This document shows, piece after piece, positions 1 to 8,441 of a stretch of DNA of 64,000 nt. Below the pieces are notes generated by a model. That model made no database searches, was not told the origin of the DNA, and worked only from the letters and a program-made list of their open reading frames with translations. Made by a program: the position numbers and the translations under genes. Within the stretch, counting starts at the first letter, position 1. The number at the start of each line of letters is the position of its first letter. Source of the DNA: an uncultured Gammaproteobacteria bacterium (lineage in GTDB: Bacteria > Patescibacteriota > Microgenomatia > UBA1406 > GWC2-37-13). The stretch is from contig CAYOZH010000001.1 of NCBI GenBank assembly GCA_964408415.1, forward strand, positions 47,256 to 111,255, given 5' to 3'.

Positions 1-56
1 AATTCTTAATTTTTAACTTTTGATTTTGTCCGCCAGTTGGCGGATTTAATTTCTTA
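1..56. repeat. palindrome family A, copy 1 (core TCCGCCAGTTGGCGGA at 29-44) with T-heptad flanks
   Basis: AATTCTTAATTTTTAACTTTTGATTTTG-core-TTTAATTTCTTATTA, directly 3' of the rpsK stop. Confidence 0.85.
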
Positions 57-434
57 TTACACTCTTCTTAATTTTGGTGGTCTAACACCATTATGAGGTA
101 TAGGCGTAACATCTATAATCCTATTCACCTCAAGATTAGAACTTTTAACTGCTCTTAATGCCGCCTCTCTTCCCGGGCCAATTCCTTTAATAAAAATATC
201 AACTACAGAAAGATTATGATTTTCTGTAGCTCTTTTTATTGCTGACTCAGTAGTTACTGTTGCTGCATGTGGAGTAGATTTTCTTGTTCCTGAAAAACCA
301 TGCATTCCACATGAATCAACTAATAACACATGACCATTATCATCAGTTATTGTCACAATTGTATTATTAAAAGTTGCTGTTATATAAATTCTTCCTTTTT
401 CAACAATTTTTTTAGTTTGTTTTTTTACCGCCAT
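57..434 (-). CDS. rpsK: 30S ribosomal protein S11
   Basis: 125-aa ORF with the S11 C-terminal signature TPIPHNGVRPPKLRRV. It sits next to S13 as in the alpha operon. Confidence 0.95.
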   Translation of the reverse strand: MAVKKQTKKIVEKGRIYITATFNNTIVTITDDNGHVLLVDSCGMHGFSGTRKSTPHAATVTTESAIKRATENHNLSVVDIFIKGIGPGREAALRAVKSSNLEVNRIIDVTPIPHNGVRPPKLRRV

Positions 435-439
435 AATAA

Positions 440-874
440 TTATTTAGATGATGAACTTGTAGTTTTTGTTGCTTGAGTCTTATTAGCTTCTAATTTTGCC
501 CAAGCTTCTTTTCTCAAAGCTCCAACTGTCTTTCTCTTACCTCTTTTTGTTCTTGCATTAGACTTTGTTCTTTGACCTCTTACTGGCAATCCTCTTATAT
601 GACGAATACCTCGATAACAACCAATTTCTCTTAATCTTTTAATATTATCATTTATTTCTTCCCTTAAATCACCTTCAACTTTAAAATTTTTTTCAATTAT
701 TTCATTAAGTTTTTTTAATTCTTCTTCTTTTAAATCTTTAACCTTTTTTTTCTTATCAATATTTGCTTGTTTTAATATTTGATAAACATTTTTCCAACCA
801 ATACCATAAATTAAAGTTAAAGCATAATCAATATTTTTTTCATCCGGTAATGTAACACCAAATAATCTTGCCAT
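440..874 (-). CDS. rpsM: 30S ribosomal protein S13
   Basis: 144-aa ORF starting MARLFGV, with the GLPVRGQRTKSNARTKRG motif and a Lys/Ser-rich C-terminal tail. Confidence 0.95.
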   Translation of the reverse strand: MARLFGVTLPDEKNIDYALTLIYGIGWKNVYQILKQANIDKKKKVKDLKEEELKKLNEIIEKNFKVEGDLREEINDNIKRLREIGCYRGIRHIRGLPVRGQRTKSNARTKRGKRKTVGALRKEAWAKLEANKTQATKTTSSSSK

Positions 875-877
875 ATT

Positions 878-991
878 TTAAGCTTGTTTTTGTTTATGTT
901 TTGGGTTTGAACAAATAATATATAATCTACCCTTTCTTTTAACCATTTTACATTTTGGACAAATCTTTTTAATTGATGAAACAATTTTCAT
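878..991 (-). CDS. rpmJ: 50S ribosomal protein L36
   Basis: Not in the ORF track (<60 aa). Hand translation gives [37 protein letters not shown] with a CxxC...C...H motif. Its start overlaps the infA stop as ATGA. Confidence 0.9.
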   Translation of the reverse strand: MKIVSSIKKICPKCKMVKRKGRLYIICSNPKHKQKQA

Positions 992-1203
992 ACTCTAAAA
1001 ATTATTCTTCCCCGATTAAGATCATAAGGTGTGATTTCAACTTTCACCTTATCACCGGGTAAAATTTTTATAAAGTTTTTTCTCATCTTACCTGACAAAT
1101 AACATAAAATCACTTTATCACTATTTAAAAGTTTTACTTTAAACAAAGTGTTTGGGAGATTTTCAATAACTTCTCCCTCAACCACAATCACATTATCTTT
1201 CAT
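988..1203 (-). CDS. infA: translation initiation factor IF-1
   Basis: 71-aa S1-like OB-fold ORF ([18 protein letters not shown]...) in the canonical position between map and rpmJ. Confidence 0.95.
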   Translation of the reverse strand: MKDNVIVVEGEVIENLPNTLFKVKLLNSDKVILCYLSGKMRKNFIKILPGDKVKVEITPYDLNRGRIIFRV

Positions 1204-1226
1204 AAAACATATATTTTAACATATAT

Positions 1227-1979
1227 TTACGTTAAAACCAAGACCTGTTTTTCAGTTACGGCAATTGTATGTTCAAAACAAGCTGTTAAACTTCTATCAC
1301 GGCTAATTATTGACCAATCATTATCTTTCTCATAGGCAATTTCTTCTGTTCCCATCGAATAAATCACTTCAATAGCAATTGTTAATCCAGGTCTTATAAT
1401 CAAAGTCTTTTCTGTTGGTCTTTCTCGAAAATTAAAAACATAAGGCTCCATATGAAGCTCTTTTCCAATACCATGACCGGTTAAATCTTTTAAAATAAAA
1501 TAACCAGCTTTAGTTATTTCATCTTCAATTATCTCTGATACTTTTCCTAATCTTTGACCAACTCTTACTTGACTAATAGCTTTTTTTAAAGTTCTTTTTC
1601 CAACTTCTAAAAAATTTATAATTTCTTTGTTATTCGTTTTACCAACAACAAAAGTCGTTGCATAATCAGTATGATATCCTTTAAAATACATACCAATATC
1701 TACTGTTAAAATATCTCCATTTTTTAAAACTCTATCTGAAGGAGGCGTATGAACCACTTGTTCATTTATTGGTAAACAAGTTGTCCAATAATAATTTTTT
1801 ACTTTTTTAAAAGATGGTTCGCCCCCTTTTTCTCTTATTAATCTTTCTGCTTCTTGATCAATATATTTCGTTGTTACACCAACTTTTATTTTTGGTAAAA
1901 GCTCTTTAACTACTTCTCTTAATTTTGCACCACCTTCAGCCATTATTTTTATTTCTTCATCAGTTTTATAATCTATCAT
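1227..1979 (-). CDS. map: type I methionine aminopeptidase
   Basis: 250 aa with metal-ligand context (DIGMYFKGYHTD, HGIGKELHMEP, IAIEVIY). Canonical position after adk. Confidence 0.95.
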   Translation of the reverse strand: MIDYKTDEEIKIMAEGGAKLREVVKELLPKIKVGVTTKYIDQEAERLIREKGGEPSFKKVKNYYWTTCLPINEQVVHTPPSDRVLKNGDILTVDIGMYFKGYHTDYATTFVVGKTNNKEIINFLEVGKRTLKKAISQVRVGQRLGKVSEIIEDEITKAGYFILKDLTGHGIGKELHMEPYVFNFRERPTEKTLIIRPGLTIAIEVIYSMGTEEIAYEKDNDWSIISRDRSLTACFEHTIAVTEKQVLVLT

Positions 1980-3106
1980 TCTGTGTAATAAATAATTCTA
2001 TAAACTTCTTCTAATTTGTCATGAAAATCTTCAAGAGCAAAATTATTTTTCACTAAAAAATCAGCATAAGCAATTGTTGGCGCCATATTAATACCAATTA
2101 ACTCATCAAGATCTCTTTCTTCACCATAAAGTTTATTTCTCTCTTTTCTTTTAAGCAATCTTTTCCAACGTAATTCTTTATCAGCATAAATTGCCAATAA
2201 ATATATTTTTACATCAGATAAAGCTTTTTTTAAATAAAGATATTCTTCCCAAGATCTTAAACCATCAATAACTAATATCATATTCTTTTTTAAAATCTCT
2301 TTTATTTTTTTTTCATTCATAATCGCTAAAGCTGCCATACCATATTTTTCTCTTAACTGCGTTCTTACTTTTTTATGAACTTCTTCAATATGAGGTAATT
2401 TATTTTTTTCAATATATTCATTAATAACTTTTCCAAATGAAATCACAGGTAAACCTCTTGATTCAAAAAAGTTTGCTGCATCAGTTTTACCAGCTCCTGG
2501 CAAACCAACAATAGCAATAATTTTTTTATTTTTTATTTTCCAAGACTGAACTTTATTTTTTATTAATTGTTTACCTAAACTTTTTAAAATTTGTTGATTA
2601 ACTTCTTCAATTGTTTGTGTTCCATCAATTTCTACTAATTTTTTTTGTTTTCGATAATAATCTAAAACTGGAACCGTAAATTTTTTGAATTGCTCAATTC
2701 GTTTTTTTATTGCTGGGATTGTTTCATCATCTCTATCTTGACTATTTCTATATACTAATCGATAAATTGCTTCTTTTTCTGGTATATCTAAATAAATAAC
2801 TTTATCAACATTATTAATAAATTTTTCAGCTTGATTTAAAGTTCTAGGAAATCCATCTAAAATATAACCTTTTTTGTATTCTGGTCTTTTTAAATATGAA
2901 TTAACAATCTCAATTGTTTTATCATCAGGAATTAATAAACCACTGTTCATTATTACTTTAATGTATTTTCCTAGTTTAGTTTTTTCTTTTGCTAACTGTC
3001 TAAAAATATGACCCGTTGATAAATAAGGTATTCCTAACTGTTTAGACAATAAATTTCCTTGAGTTGATTTTCCTGAACCCTGAATACCAATTAGAACTAA
3101 TTTCAT
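1976..3106 (-). CDS. adk: adenylate kinase (short-lid) fused to a second P-loop nucleotide kinase domain (UPF0200/dephospho-CoA-kinase-like)
   Basis: The N-terminal ~180 aa is Adk (GIQGSGKSTQ, LSTGHIFR, LDGFPRT). A second Walker A (IVGLPGAGKT) follows, then VIDGLRSWEE and RWKRLLKR, typical of small archaeal-type kinases. Single 376-aa ORF. Confidence 0.85.
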   Translation of the reverse strand: MKLVLIGIQGSGKSTQGNLLSKQLGIPYLSTGHIFRQLAKEKTKLGKYIKVIMNSGLLIPDDKTIEIVNSYLKRPEYKKGYILDGFPRTLNQAEKFINNVDKVIYLDIPEKEAIYRLVYRNSQDRDDETIPAIKKRIEQFKKFTVPVLDYYRKQKKLVEIDGTQTIEEVNQQILKSLGKQLIKNKVQSWKIKNKKIIAIVGLPGAGKTDAANFFESRGLPVISFGKVINEYIEKNKLPHIEEVHKKVRTQLREKYGMAALAIMNEKKIKEILKKNMILVIDGLRSWEEYLYLKKALSDVKIYLLAIYADKELRWKRLLKRKERNKLYGEERDLDELIGINMAPTIAYADFLVKNNFALEDFHDKLEEVYRIIYYTE

Positions 3107-3113
3107 ATTAAAA

Positions 3114-3287
3114 TTAATCTAATTTTTTTGTCTCTTTGTGCAATTGATGTTTTTTGCACTTTCGACAAAATTTTTTTAATTTTATAGGTGTGGTGACTGT
3201 GATTTTGTTTTTCGAAATTACATAATTAACAGACTTACACACCTCACAAACTAAACCAATTAAAATCCTTGAACCTTTTTTTGCCAT
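3114..3287 (-). CDS. rpmG: 50S ribosomal protein L33 (Cys4 zinc form)
   Basis: Not in the ORF track. Hand translation gives MAKKGSRILIGLVCEVCKSVNYVISKNKITVTTPIKLKKFCRKCKKHQLHKETKKLD, which fits the L33 pattern CxxC...KNK...L.LKK(F/Y)C..C..H..HKE.K. Confidence 0.85.
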   Translation of the reverse strand: MAKKGSRILIGLVCEVCKSVNYVISKNKITVTTPIKLKKFCRKCKKHQLHKETKKLD

Positions 3288-3292
3288 AGTAT

Positions 3293-4579
3293 TTATTTTA
3301 TAAACTTATCATAACTTTTCATAACTAATTGACCTTCAACCATCTTAAATGTTTCAAGAATTACAGAAACTACGATCAAAATCCCTGTTCCACCAATTAT
3401 TAAATTATTAACTCCAGTAATTTTTGACATAATTACCGGCAAAATAGCAATTATACCTAAAAAAATCGCACCAACGCTAGTGATTTTATAAAGTACTTTT
3501 TCCAAAAATTCTTTAGTGGCTCGACCAGGTCTTATTCCTGGTATAAAACCACCATTTTTTTGAATCTCATCACTAATTTTTTGAGGATTAAAAATTACTA
3601 CCGTATAAAAATAAGTAAAACCGACCACTAACAAAAAATAAATAAAATTATAAAAAAATCCTGAAGGAGAAAATACATAAACTAAAAATTTTCCAATTGA
3701 TATCAGCGCTTGATTTTTAAGATTGATAAAAAAATTACCAATCAGTTGAGGAAACAAAACAAAAGAAACGGCAAAAATAATTGGTATTACTCCAGCTTGA
3801 TTTAATTTTAATGGTAAGTAATTAGTGGCACCTTGATACATCTTATTACCTTTAATCCTTTTTGCATAAAAAACCGGTATTTTTCTTACTGCTTCATTAA
3901 TAAAAACAACGCCAGTAATCACTACGATAGAAAGAACAATAAACATTAAAATATTAAAAATCATCTCTTGATTAACTATTGCTAATGTTCTTGAGAAATT
4001 AACTGGTAGTCTACCAACAATTCCTGCTAATATCAAAAGCGAGATACCATTACCTAATCCATATTCTGAAATAAGCTCTCCAAACCAAACTAAAATAAAA
4101 GTACCAGCAACCATTGTTAATACAAATGACAAAAATTCAATAAAATTTAAATTACCAATAATATTTTGATTTCTTAAAAAAACATAGATTCCAATTGCTT
4201 GAATAAAAGTTAAAGGTAATGTTAATAATCTTGTGTATTGATTAATTTTAAACCGACCATATTCTCCTTCTTTTGAAAGCGCCTCAAGTGAAGGAAACAT
4301 CACTGTCATTAACTGCAAAACAATTGAAGCATTAATATAAGGATTTAATCCTAATGCCATTACTGAAAAATTAACTAAAGTTCCTCCGGAAAAAATATCT
4401 AAAAGCGATAAAAATTGATTACTGGCAAATAATACTCTTAATTTTTCAAGATTAATTGTTGGCACAGGCAAAAATGCAAATAATCTAAAAGCCAAAAAAA
4501 TAAATAAAGTAAAATAAATCTTTCTTTTTAAGTCTGGATCACGAAAAATAGACTTAACTTTTTCGAGAATTTTTTTCAT
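3293..4579 (-). CDS. secY: preprotein translocase subunit SecY
   Basis: 428-aa polytopic membrane ORF in the canonical position after L15. Has SecY motifs ([27 protein letters not shown]). Confidence 0.95.
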   Translation of the reverse strand: MKKILEKVKSIFRDPDLKRKIYFTLFIFLAFRLFAFLPVPTINLEKLRVLFASNQFLSLLDIFSGGTLVNFSVMALGLNPYINASIVLQLMTVMFPSLEALSKEGEYGRFKINQYTRLLTLPLTFIQAIGIYVFLRNQNIIGNLNFIEFLSFVLTMVAGTFILVWFGELISEYGLGNGISLLILAGIVGRLPVNFSRTLAIVNQEMIFNILMFIVLSIVVITGVVFINEAVRKIPVFYAKRIKGNKMYQGATNYLPLKLNQAGVIPIIFAVSFVLFPQLIGNFFINLKNQALISIGKFLVYVFSPSGFFYNFIYFLLVVGFTYFYTVVIFNPQKISDEIQKNGGFIPGIRPGRATKEFLEKVLYKITSVGAIFLGIIAILPVIMSKITGVNNLIIGGTGILIVVSVILETFKMVEGQLVMKSYDKFIK

Positions 4580-4826
4580 AGAATAATTTTTTCTTTAATT
4601 TTTTACTAATTTTTGGCTTATTTCTTCCTTTACCTCGAAGAAGAGGAAATCTTTTTACTAATCTTCCTTGACCACCTTCAAAATGAAGAGGAATATCTTC
4701 TCTAGCTTTTTGATGACGAGTAATTCCTCTACCTGATTTGGCTCCTTTTCCAGAACCCAATCCTCTTCCTAATCTTTTTTTTCTTTTATCAACTAATTTT
4801 GGTAATTGACTTAAAAAATTAATCAT
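4554..4826 (-). CDS. rplO: 50S ribosomal protein L15, N-terminal domain only (truncated form)
   Basis: 90 aa with [18 protein letters not shown]...FEGGQGRL, matching the L15 N-terminal half. It ends in a Lys-rich tail and overlaps the secY start, leaving no room for the usual C-terminal domain. Confidence 0.8.
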   Translation of the reverse strand: MINFLSQLPKLVDKRKKRLGRGLGSGKGAKSGRGITRHQKAREDIPLHFEGGQGRLVKRFPLLRGKGRNKPKISKKLKKKLFYEKNSRKS

Positions 4827-4828
4827 AA

Positions 4829-5308
4829 TTATTTATCTGATTTTTTAGCGTATACTTTATTTCTTTTTGCTAAAACTTCTAAAGCTTTCATTACTGCATA
4901 AGTATTAGCAATCTGATTTCTTGATTTAATTATTTTTCCAGAAGCATTTTCAACACCAGCTAAATCTAATAAAACTCTTGCAACACTGCCAACTTTCAAA
5001 CCTGTACCTTCTGGAGCTGGTTTAAGTAAAATTTTTGCTGCTTTAAACTTTACTTGAACTTCATGAGGTAATGTTTTATTAACAATTGGTACTTCAATCA
5101 TGTGTTTTTTTGCATAATTAATCGCTTTTTGAATTGCTGGTGGCACTTCAAGCGATCGACCGATTCCAATACCAACCTTACCTTTTTTATCACCAACTGC
5201 AACCAAAGCTGAAAAAGTGATATAATTTCCACCAGGAATTTTTTTAGAAACTCTTCTTACTAAAAGCACCCTTTCTTCAAATTTTTTTTCTTGATTTTTT
5301 TCTTCCAT
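4829..5308 (-). CDS. rpsE: 30S ribosomal protein S5
   Basis: 159 aa with S5 dsRBD and C-terminal domain motifs ([25 protein letters not shown]). Its stop lies 2 nt from the L15 start, so no L30 gene is present. Confidence 0.95.
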   Translation of the reverse strand: MEEKNQEKKFEERVLLVRRVSKKIPGGNYITFSALVAVGDKKGKVGIGIGRSLEVPPAIQKAINYAKKHMIEVPIVNKTLPHEVQVKFKAAKILLKPAPEGTGLKVGSVARVLLDLAGVENASGKIIKSRNQIANTYAVMKALEVLAKRNKVYAKKSDK

Positions 5309-5354
5309 TATTGAAAAAATTAAAATTTTTAATTATTAATTATTAATTTTTAAT
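5309..5354. repeat. T/A heptad-type low-complexity spacer (S5/L18)
   Basis: TTGAAAAAATTAAAATTTTTAATTATTAATTATTAATTTTTAATTT. It belongs to the same repeat style as the family A flanks. Confidence 0.6.
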
Positions 5355-5699
5355 TTAAACTTTTATACCTCCTTCTCTTAATCCTTCTGCTACTGCTTTT
5401 ACTCTACCTTTATAAACATAAACATTTCTATCAAAAACTGCTTTTTTTATATTTTTTTCAAGTAATTTTTTTGCTAATTCTAAACCAACTTGTTTAGCTT
5501 GATCAACTTTTTTTGTTTTTTTTTTCTTTTGACTTGATGAGGCAACTATTGTTACTCTTTTTTCATCATCAATCGCTTGAGCATAAATATATCTATTTGA
5601 TCTAAAAACACTAATTCTTGGACGATCAGCACTTCCTTTTATTTTTGAACCAATTCTTCTTTTTTTTCTTAATTTTTTATCTAAATTAACTTTTCCCAT
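5355..5699 (-). CDS. rplR: 50S ribosomal protein L18
   Basis: 114 aa with RPRISVFRSNRYIYAQAIDD and C-terminal YKGRVKAVAEGLREGGI. Confidence 0.95.
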   Translation of the reverse strand: MGKVNLDKKLRKKRRIGSKIKGSADRPRISVFRSNRYIYAQAIDDEKRVTIVASSSQKKKKTKKVDQAKQVGLELAKKLLEKNIKKAVFDRNVYVYKGRVKAVAEGLREGGIKV

Positions 5700-5711
5700 A
5701 ATTATAAATTT

Positions 5712-6263
5712 TTAAGCTGCTCCGGCTCCTTTAGCTTTTTTACCGGGCTTAATTCTTAATTTTTCACCAACATACTGAATCCCTTTACCTTTATAAACAT
5801 CTGGTTTTTTAAGAATCTTTATCTGATAAGCTACTTCTCCTACTTTTTGTTTATCACAACCACTAACAATAATTGTCGTATTATCTTTTACTTCAAATTT
5901 AATTCCAGAAACTTTTTTAAAAACAACTGGATGAGAATAACCAAGTTTTAAAACTAAATTTTCATTTTCAATTTTTGCACCATAACCGGTACCAACAATT
6001 TTTAATTGTTTTTCCCAAAGCTTACAAACACCTTTCACTGCATTTGCAATTAATTGTCTGTATAAACCATGCAAAGACTTTGCTTTTTTGTCTTCTTTTA
6101 TTCTTTTTAAAATTAATAAATCATCTTTTTTTTCAATTGTTAAAACCTCAGGTAATTGATAAGATAATTCACCTAAAGGACCTTTAATATTAATTTTGTT
6201 TTCATTAATATCAATACTGACTTCTTTAGATATTTGAACTGGTTTATTTCCTATTTTTGACAT
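5712..6263 (-). CDS. rplF: 50S ribosomal protein L6
   Basis: Two-domain L6 (MSKIGNKPV..., C-terminal GKGIQYVGE). The start is moved from the track's TTG to the ATG at 6263, 2 nt after the S8 stop. Confidence 0.93.
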   Translation of the reverse strand: MSKIGNKPVQISKEVSIDINENKINIKGPLGELSYQLPEVLTIEKKDDLLILKRIKEDKKAKSLHGLYRQLIANAVKGVCKLWEKQLKIVGTGYGAKIENENLVLKLGYSHPVVFKKVSGIKFEVKDNTTIIVSGCDKQKVGEVAYQIKILKKPDVYKGKGIQYVGEKLRIKPGKKAKGAGAA

Positions 6264-6265
6264 AA

Positions 6266-6658
6266 TTACCAAATATTAAATAATAACTCTCCACCAACTT
6301 TTTTTAATCTTGCTTCTTTGTTTGTCATTATTCCTTTTGGTGTTGAAAGAATTGAATAACCATAGCCACTTAAAACAGGTTTTAACTCTTTATAAGAAAC
6401 ATAATAACGTCTTCCTGGTTTAGAATATATCTTCACATCAGTTAATACTGGATTATTTTCAATATAAAGTAAATCAATTAGCAAAACTTTTTTAACACTA
6501 TCTACTTCTTCAATTTTATAATCTTTAATAAATTTTAATTGTTTTAATTTCTTTAAAACTTCCTCTTTAAATTTACTATAACTAGCAGAAACATTATCTT
6601 TTCCTGCTAAATAACCATTTTTTATTCTAATAATTAAGTCAACAACTGAGTTTTCCAT
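6266..6658 (-). CDS. rpsH: 30S ribosomal protein S8
   Basis: MENSVVDLIIRIKNGY...STPKGIMTNKEARLKKVGGELLFNIW. The track's upstream extension would overlap S19, so the ATG at 6658 is preferred. Confidence 0.9.
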   Translation of the reverse strand: MENSVVDLIIRIKNGYLAGKDNVSASYSKFKEEVLKKLKQLKFIKDYKIEEVDSVKKVLLIDLLYIENNPVLTDVKIYSKPGRRYYVSYKELKPVLSGYGYSILSTPKGIMTNKEARLKKVGGELLFNIW

Positions 6659-6662
6659 AATT

Positions 6663-6947
6663 TTATGTTGCCTCAACAACTTTTTTTGTAACTTTTCCAT
6701 GACTTCTAAAGGTTCGAGTTGGCGCAAATTCTCCTAAACGATGACCAACCATTGCCTCAGAAATCAAAACTTCTATAAATTTTCTACCATTGTAAATAGC
6801 AATTTTATGACCAACAAAATCTGGTGCAATTTGCGAATCTCTTGCCCAAGTTTTAATTGGACTTCGATCGCCTGTTTGTTTTTGTTTAAGGACTTTTTTT
6901 AATAATCTCTCATCAACATATGGTCCTTTTTTCAATGATCTACTCAT
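6663..6947 (-). CDS. rpsS: 30S ribosomal protein S19 (non-canonical position)
   Basis: 94 aa with [12 protein letters not shown]...[17 protein letters not shown], the S19 signature. It lies between rpsN and rpsH rather than between rplB and rplV. Confidence 0.9.
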   Translation of the reverse strand: MSRSLKKGPYVDERLLKKVLKQKQTGDRSPIKTWARDSQIAPDFVGHKIAIYNGRKFIEVLISEAMVGHRLGEFAPTRTFRSHGKVTKKVVEAT

Positions 6948-6953
6948 AATTAT

Positions 6954-7139
6954 TTACCAAGAAATTTTTTTAACTCCTGGGATTTCTCCTTGTAATGCTT
7001 TTTGTCTAAAACAAATTCGACACATACCAAATCTTCTCATATAACTTCTTGCTCGACCACAAATCGGACAACGATTTCGATGACGAACTTTATATTTTTG
7101 TTTTTTTGTAAATTTTACCTCATCAGATTTTTTTGCCAT
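6954..7139 (-). CDS. rpsN: 30S ribosomal protein S14, type Z (zinc form)
   Basis: 61 aa with [22 protein letters not shown] Cys4 and C-terminal KKISW. Confidence 0.95.
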   Translation of the reverse strand: MAKKSDEVKFTKKQKYKVRHRNRCPICGRARSYMRRFGMCRICFRQKALQGEIPGVKKISW

Positions 7140-7145
7140 ATTATT

Positions 7146-7694
7146 TTATTTAACTTTATCCTTTTTAAAAGGAATTCCTAATAATTCAAAAAGTTTTTTT
7201 CCTTTATAAAAATCTCTTGCATTAGTAACAACTGTCACCTGCAATCCTCTAATTTTATCAATTTTATCAAAATCTATTTCAGGAAAAAGTGTTTGTTCAG
7301 TGATTCCTAGATTAAGATTTCCATGTTGATCAATGCTTGTTTCTGAAATCCCTCGAAAATCTTTAAATCTAGGAATAATAATTTTAATTATTTTTTCCAA
7401 AAAATAATACATTTTTTTACCTCGTAATGTCACTTTTACTCCTATTGGTTGACCTTTTCTTAATTTAAAAGCAGAAACTGATACTCTTGCTTTGGTAATT
7501 ACTGGTTTTTGACCAGTAATAAGAGCTAGTTGTTCGCTAATTTTATCAAGAACTCCTTTATTCGATGTTGCCTCACCAGCACCAACATTAACAACAATTT
7601 TTGTCACTTTAGGCACAGCCATAATATTACTAATTTTCAGTTCTTCCATTAATTTTTTTCTAAGCTCATTGTTATAATAATCTTTTATTGTCAT
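7146..7694 (-). CDS. rplE: 50S ribosomal protein L5
   Basis: 182 aa in the canonical position, with L5 motifs (GQKPVITKARVSVSAFKLRKGQPIG). Confidence 0.95.
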   Translation of the reverse strand: MTIKDYYNNELRKKLMEELKISNIMAVPKVTKIVVNVGAGEATSNKGVLDKISEQLALITGQKPVITKARVSVSAFKLRKGQPIGVKVTLRGKKMYYFLEKIIKIIIPRFKDFRGISETSIDQHGNLNLGITEQTLFPEIDFDKIDKIRGLQVTVVTNARDFYKGKKLFELLGIPFKKDKVK

Positions 7695-7706
7695 ATTATT
7701 TTAAAA

Positions 7707-8012
7707 TTAAATTTTACTTTGACATTTTTTACAAATTCTGTTTTTCTTATTTTTTTCAATTTTATAACCAACTCTTGTAATTTTTCCACATTTTGGACAA
7801 ATTAGCATAACTTTTGACACATCTAATGGTCTTGGTACTTGAACAATACCACCTTGATTATTTTCAGGATTTTTTTTAAGATGTCTTTTATAAAGATTCA
7901 CCCCCAAAATTAACACTTTATTAGCTTTTCGATAAACTTTTTCAACTACCCCTTCTTTTCCTTTATCTTTTCCGGCAATTACTTTTACTTTATCACCCTT
8001 TTTAATTTTCAT
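7707..8012 (-). CDS. rplX: 50S ribosomal protein L24 (with CxxC...CxxC)
   Basis: 101 aa with a KOW motif (KKGDKVKVIAGKDKGKEG). The C-terminal part carries CPKCGKITRVGY...ICKKCQ. Confidence 0.93.
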   Translation of the reverse strand: MKIKKGDKVKVIAGKDKGKEGVVEKVYRKANKVLILGVNLYKRHLKKNPENNQGGIVQVPRPLDVSKVMLICPKCGKITRVGYKIEKNKKNRICKKCQSKI

Positions 8013-8061
8013 TTTTAATATTATAAATTTTAAATTTTTAACTTTTATTTTTAATTTATTT
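8013..8061. repeat. T-heptad spacer (L14/L24)
   Basis: ATTTTTAATATTATAAATTTTAAATTTTTAACTTTTATTTTTAATTTATTT. Confidence 0.6.
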
Positions 8062-8436
8062 TTAATAAATTTCTTCTGCTAAACTAGCAATTTTATTAAA
8101 TCCATTATCTTTAACTTCTTTAGCAATTGGGCCAAAAATTCTTGTTCCTTTTGGATCTTTAACATCTTTTCCTGCTAAAATTACACAAGCATTATCATCA
8201 AATCTAATATAACTACCATCTTTTCGTCTTTTTTCTTTTCTAGTTCTGACAATCACTGCTCGATGAACTTCACCTTTTTTAACTGCTGAATAAGGAATTG
8301 CTTCTTTAACAACAATATTTATTACTTCTCCTAAATAAGCATATCTTCGATTACCTTTTTTTGCCATACCAATCATTGACACTTTTTTCGCTCCAGTATT
8401 ATCAGCAACATTTAATATTGATCTTAATTGCAACAT
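8062..8436 (-). CDS. rplN: 50S ribosomal protein L14
   Basis: 124 aa starting MLQLRSILNVADNTGAKK, with RFDDNACVIL. Confidence 0.95.
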   Translation of the reverse strand: MLQLRSILNVADNTGAKKVSMIGMAKKGNRRYAYLGEVINIVVKEAIPYSAVKKGEVHRAVIVRTRKEKRRKDGSYIRFDDNACVILAGKDVKDPKGTRIFGPIAKEVKDNGFNKIASLAEEIY

Positions 8437-8441
8437 AGTTT

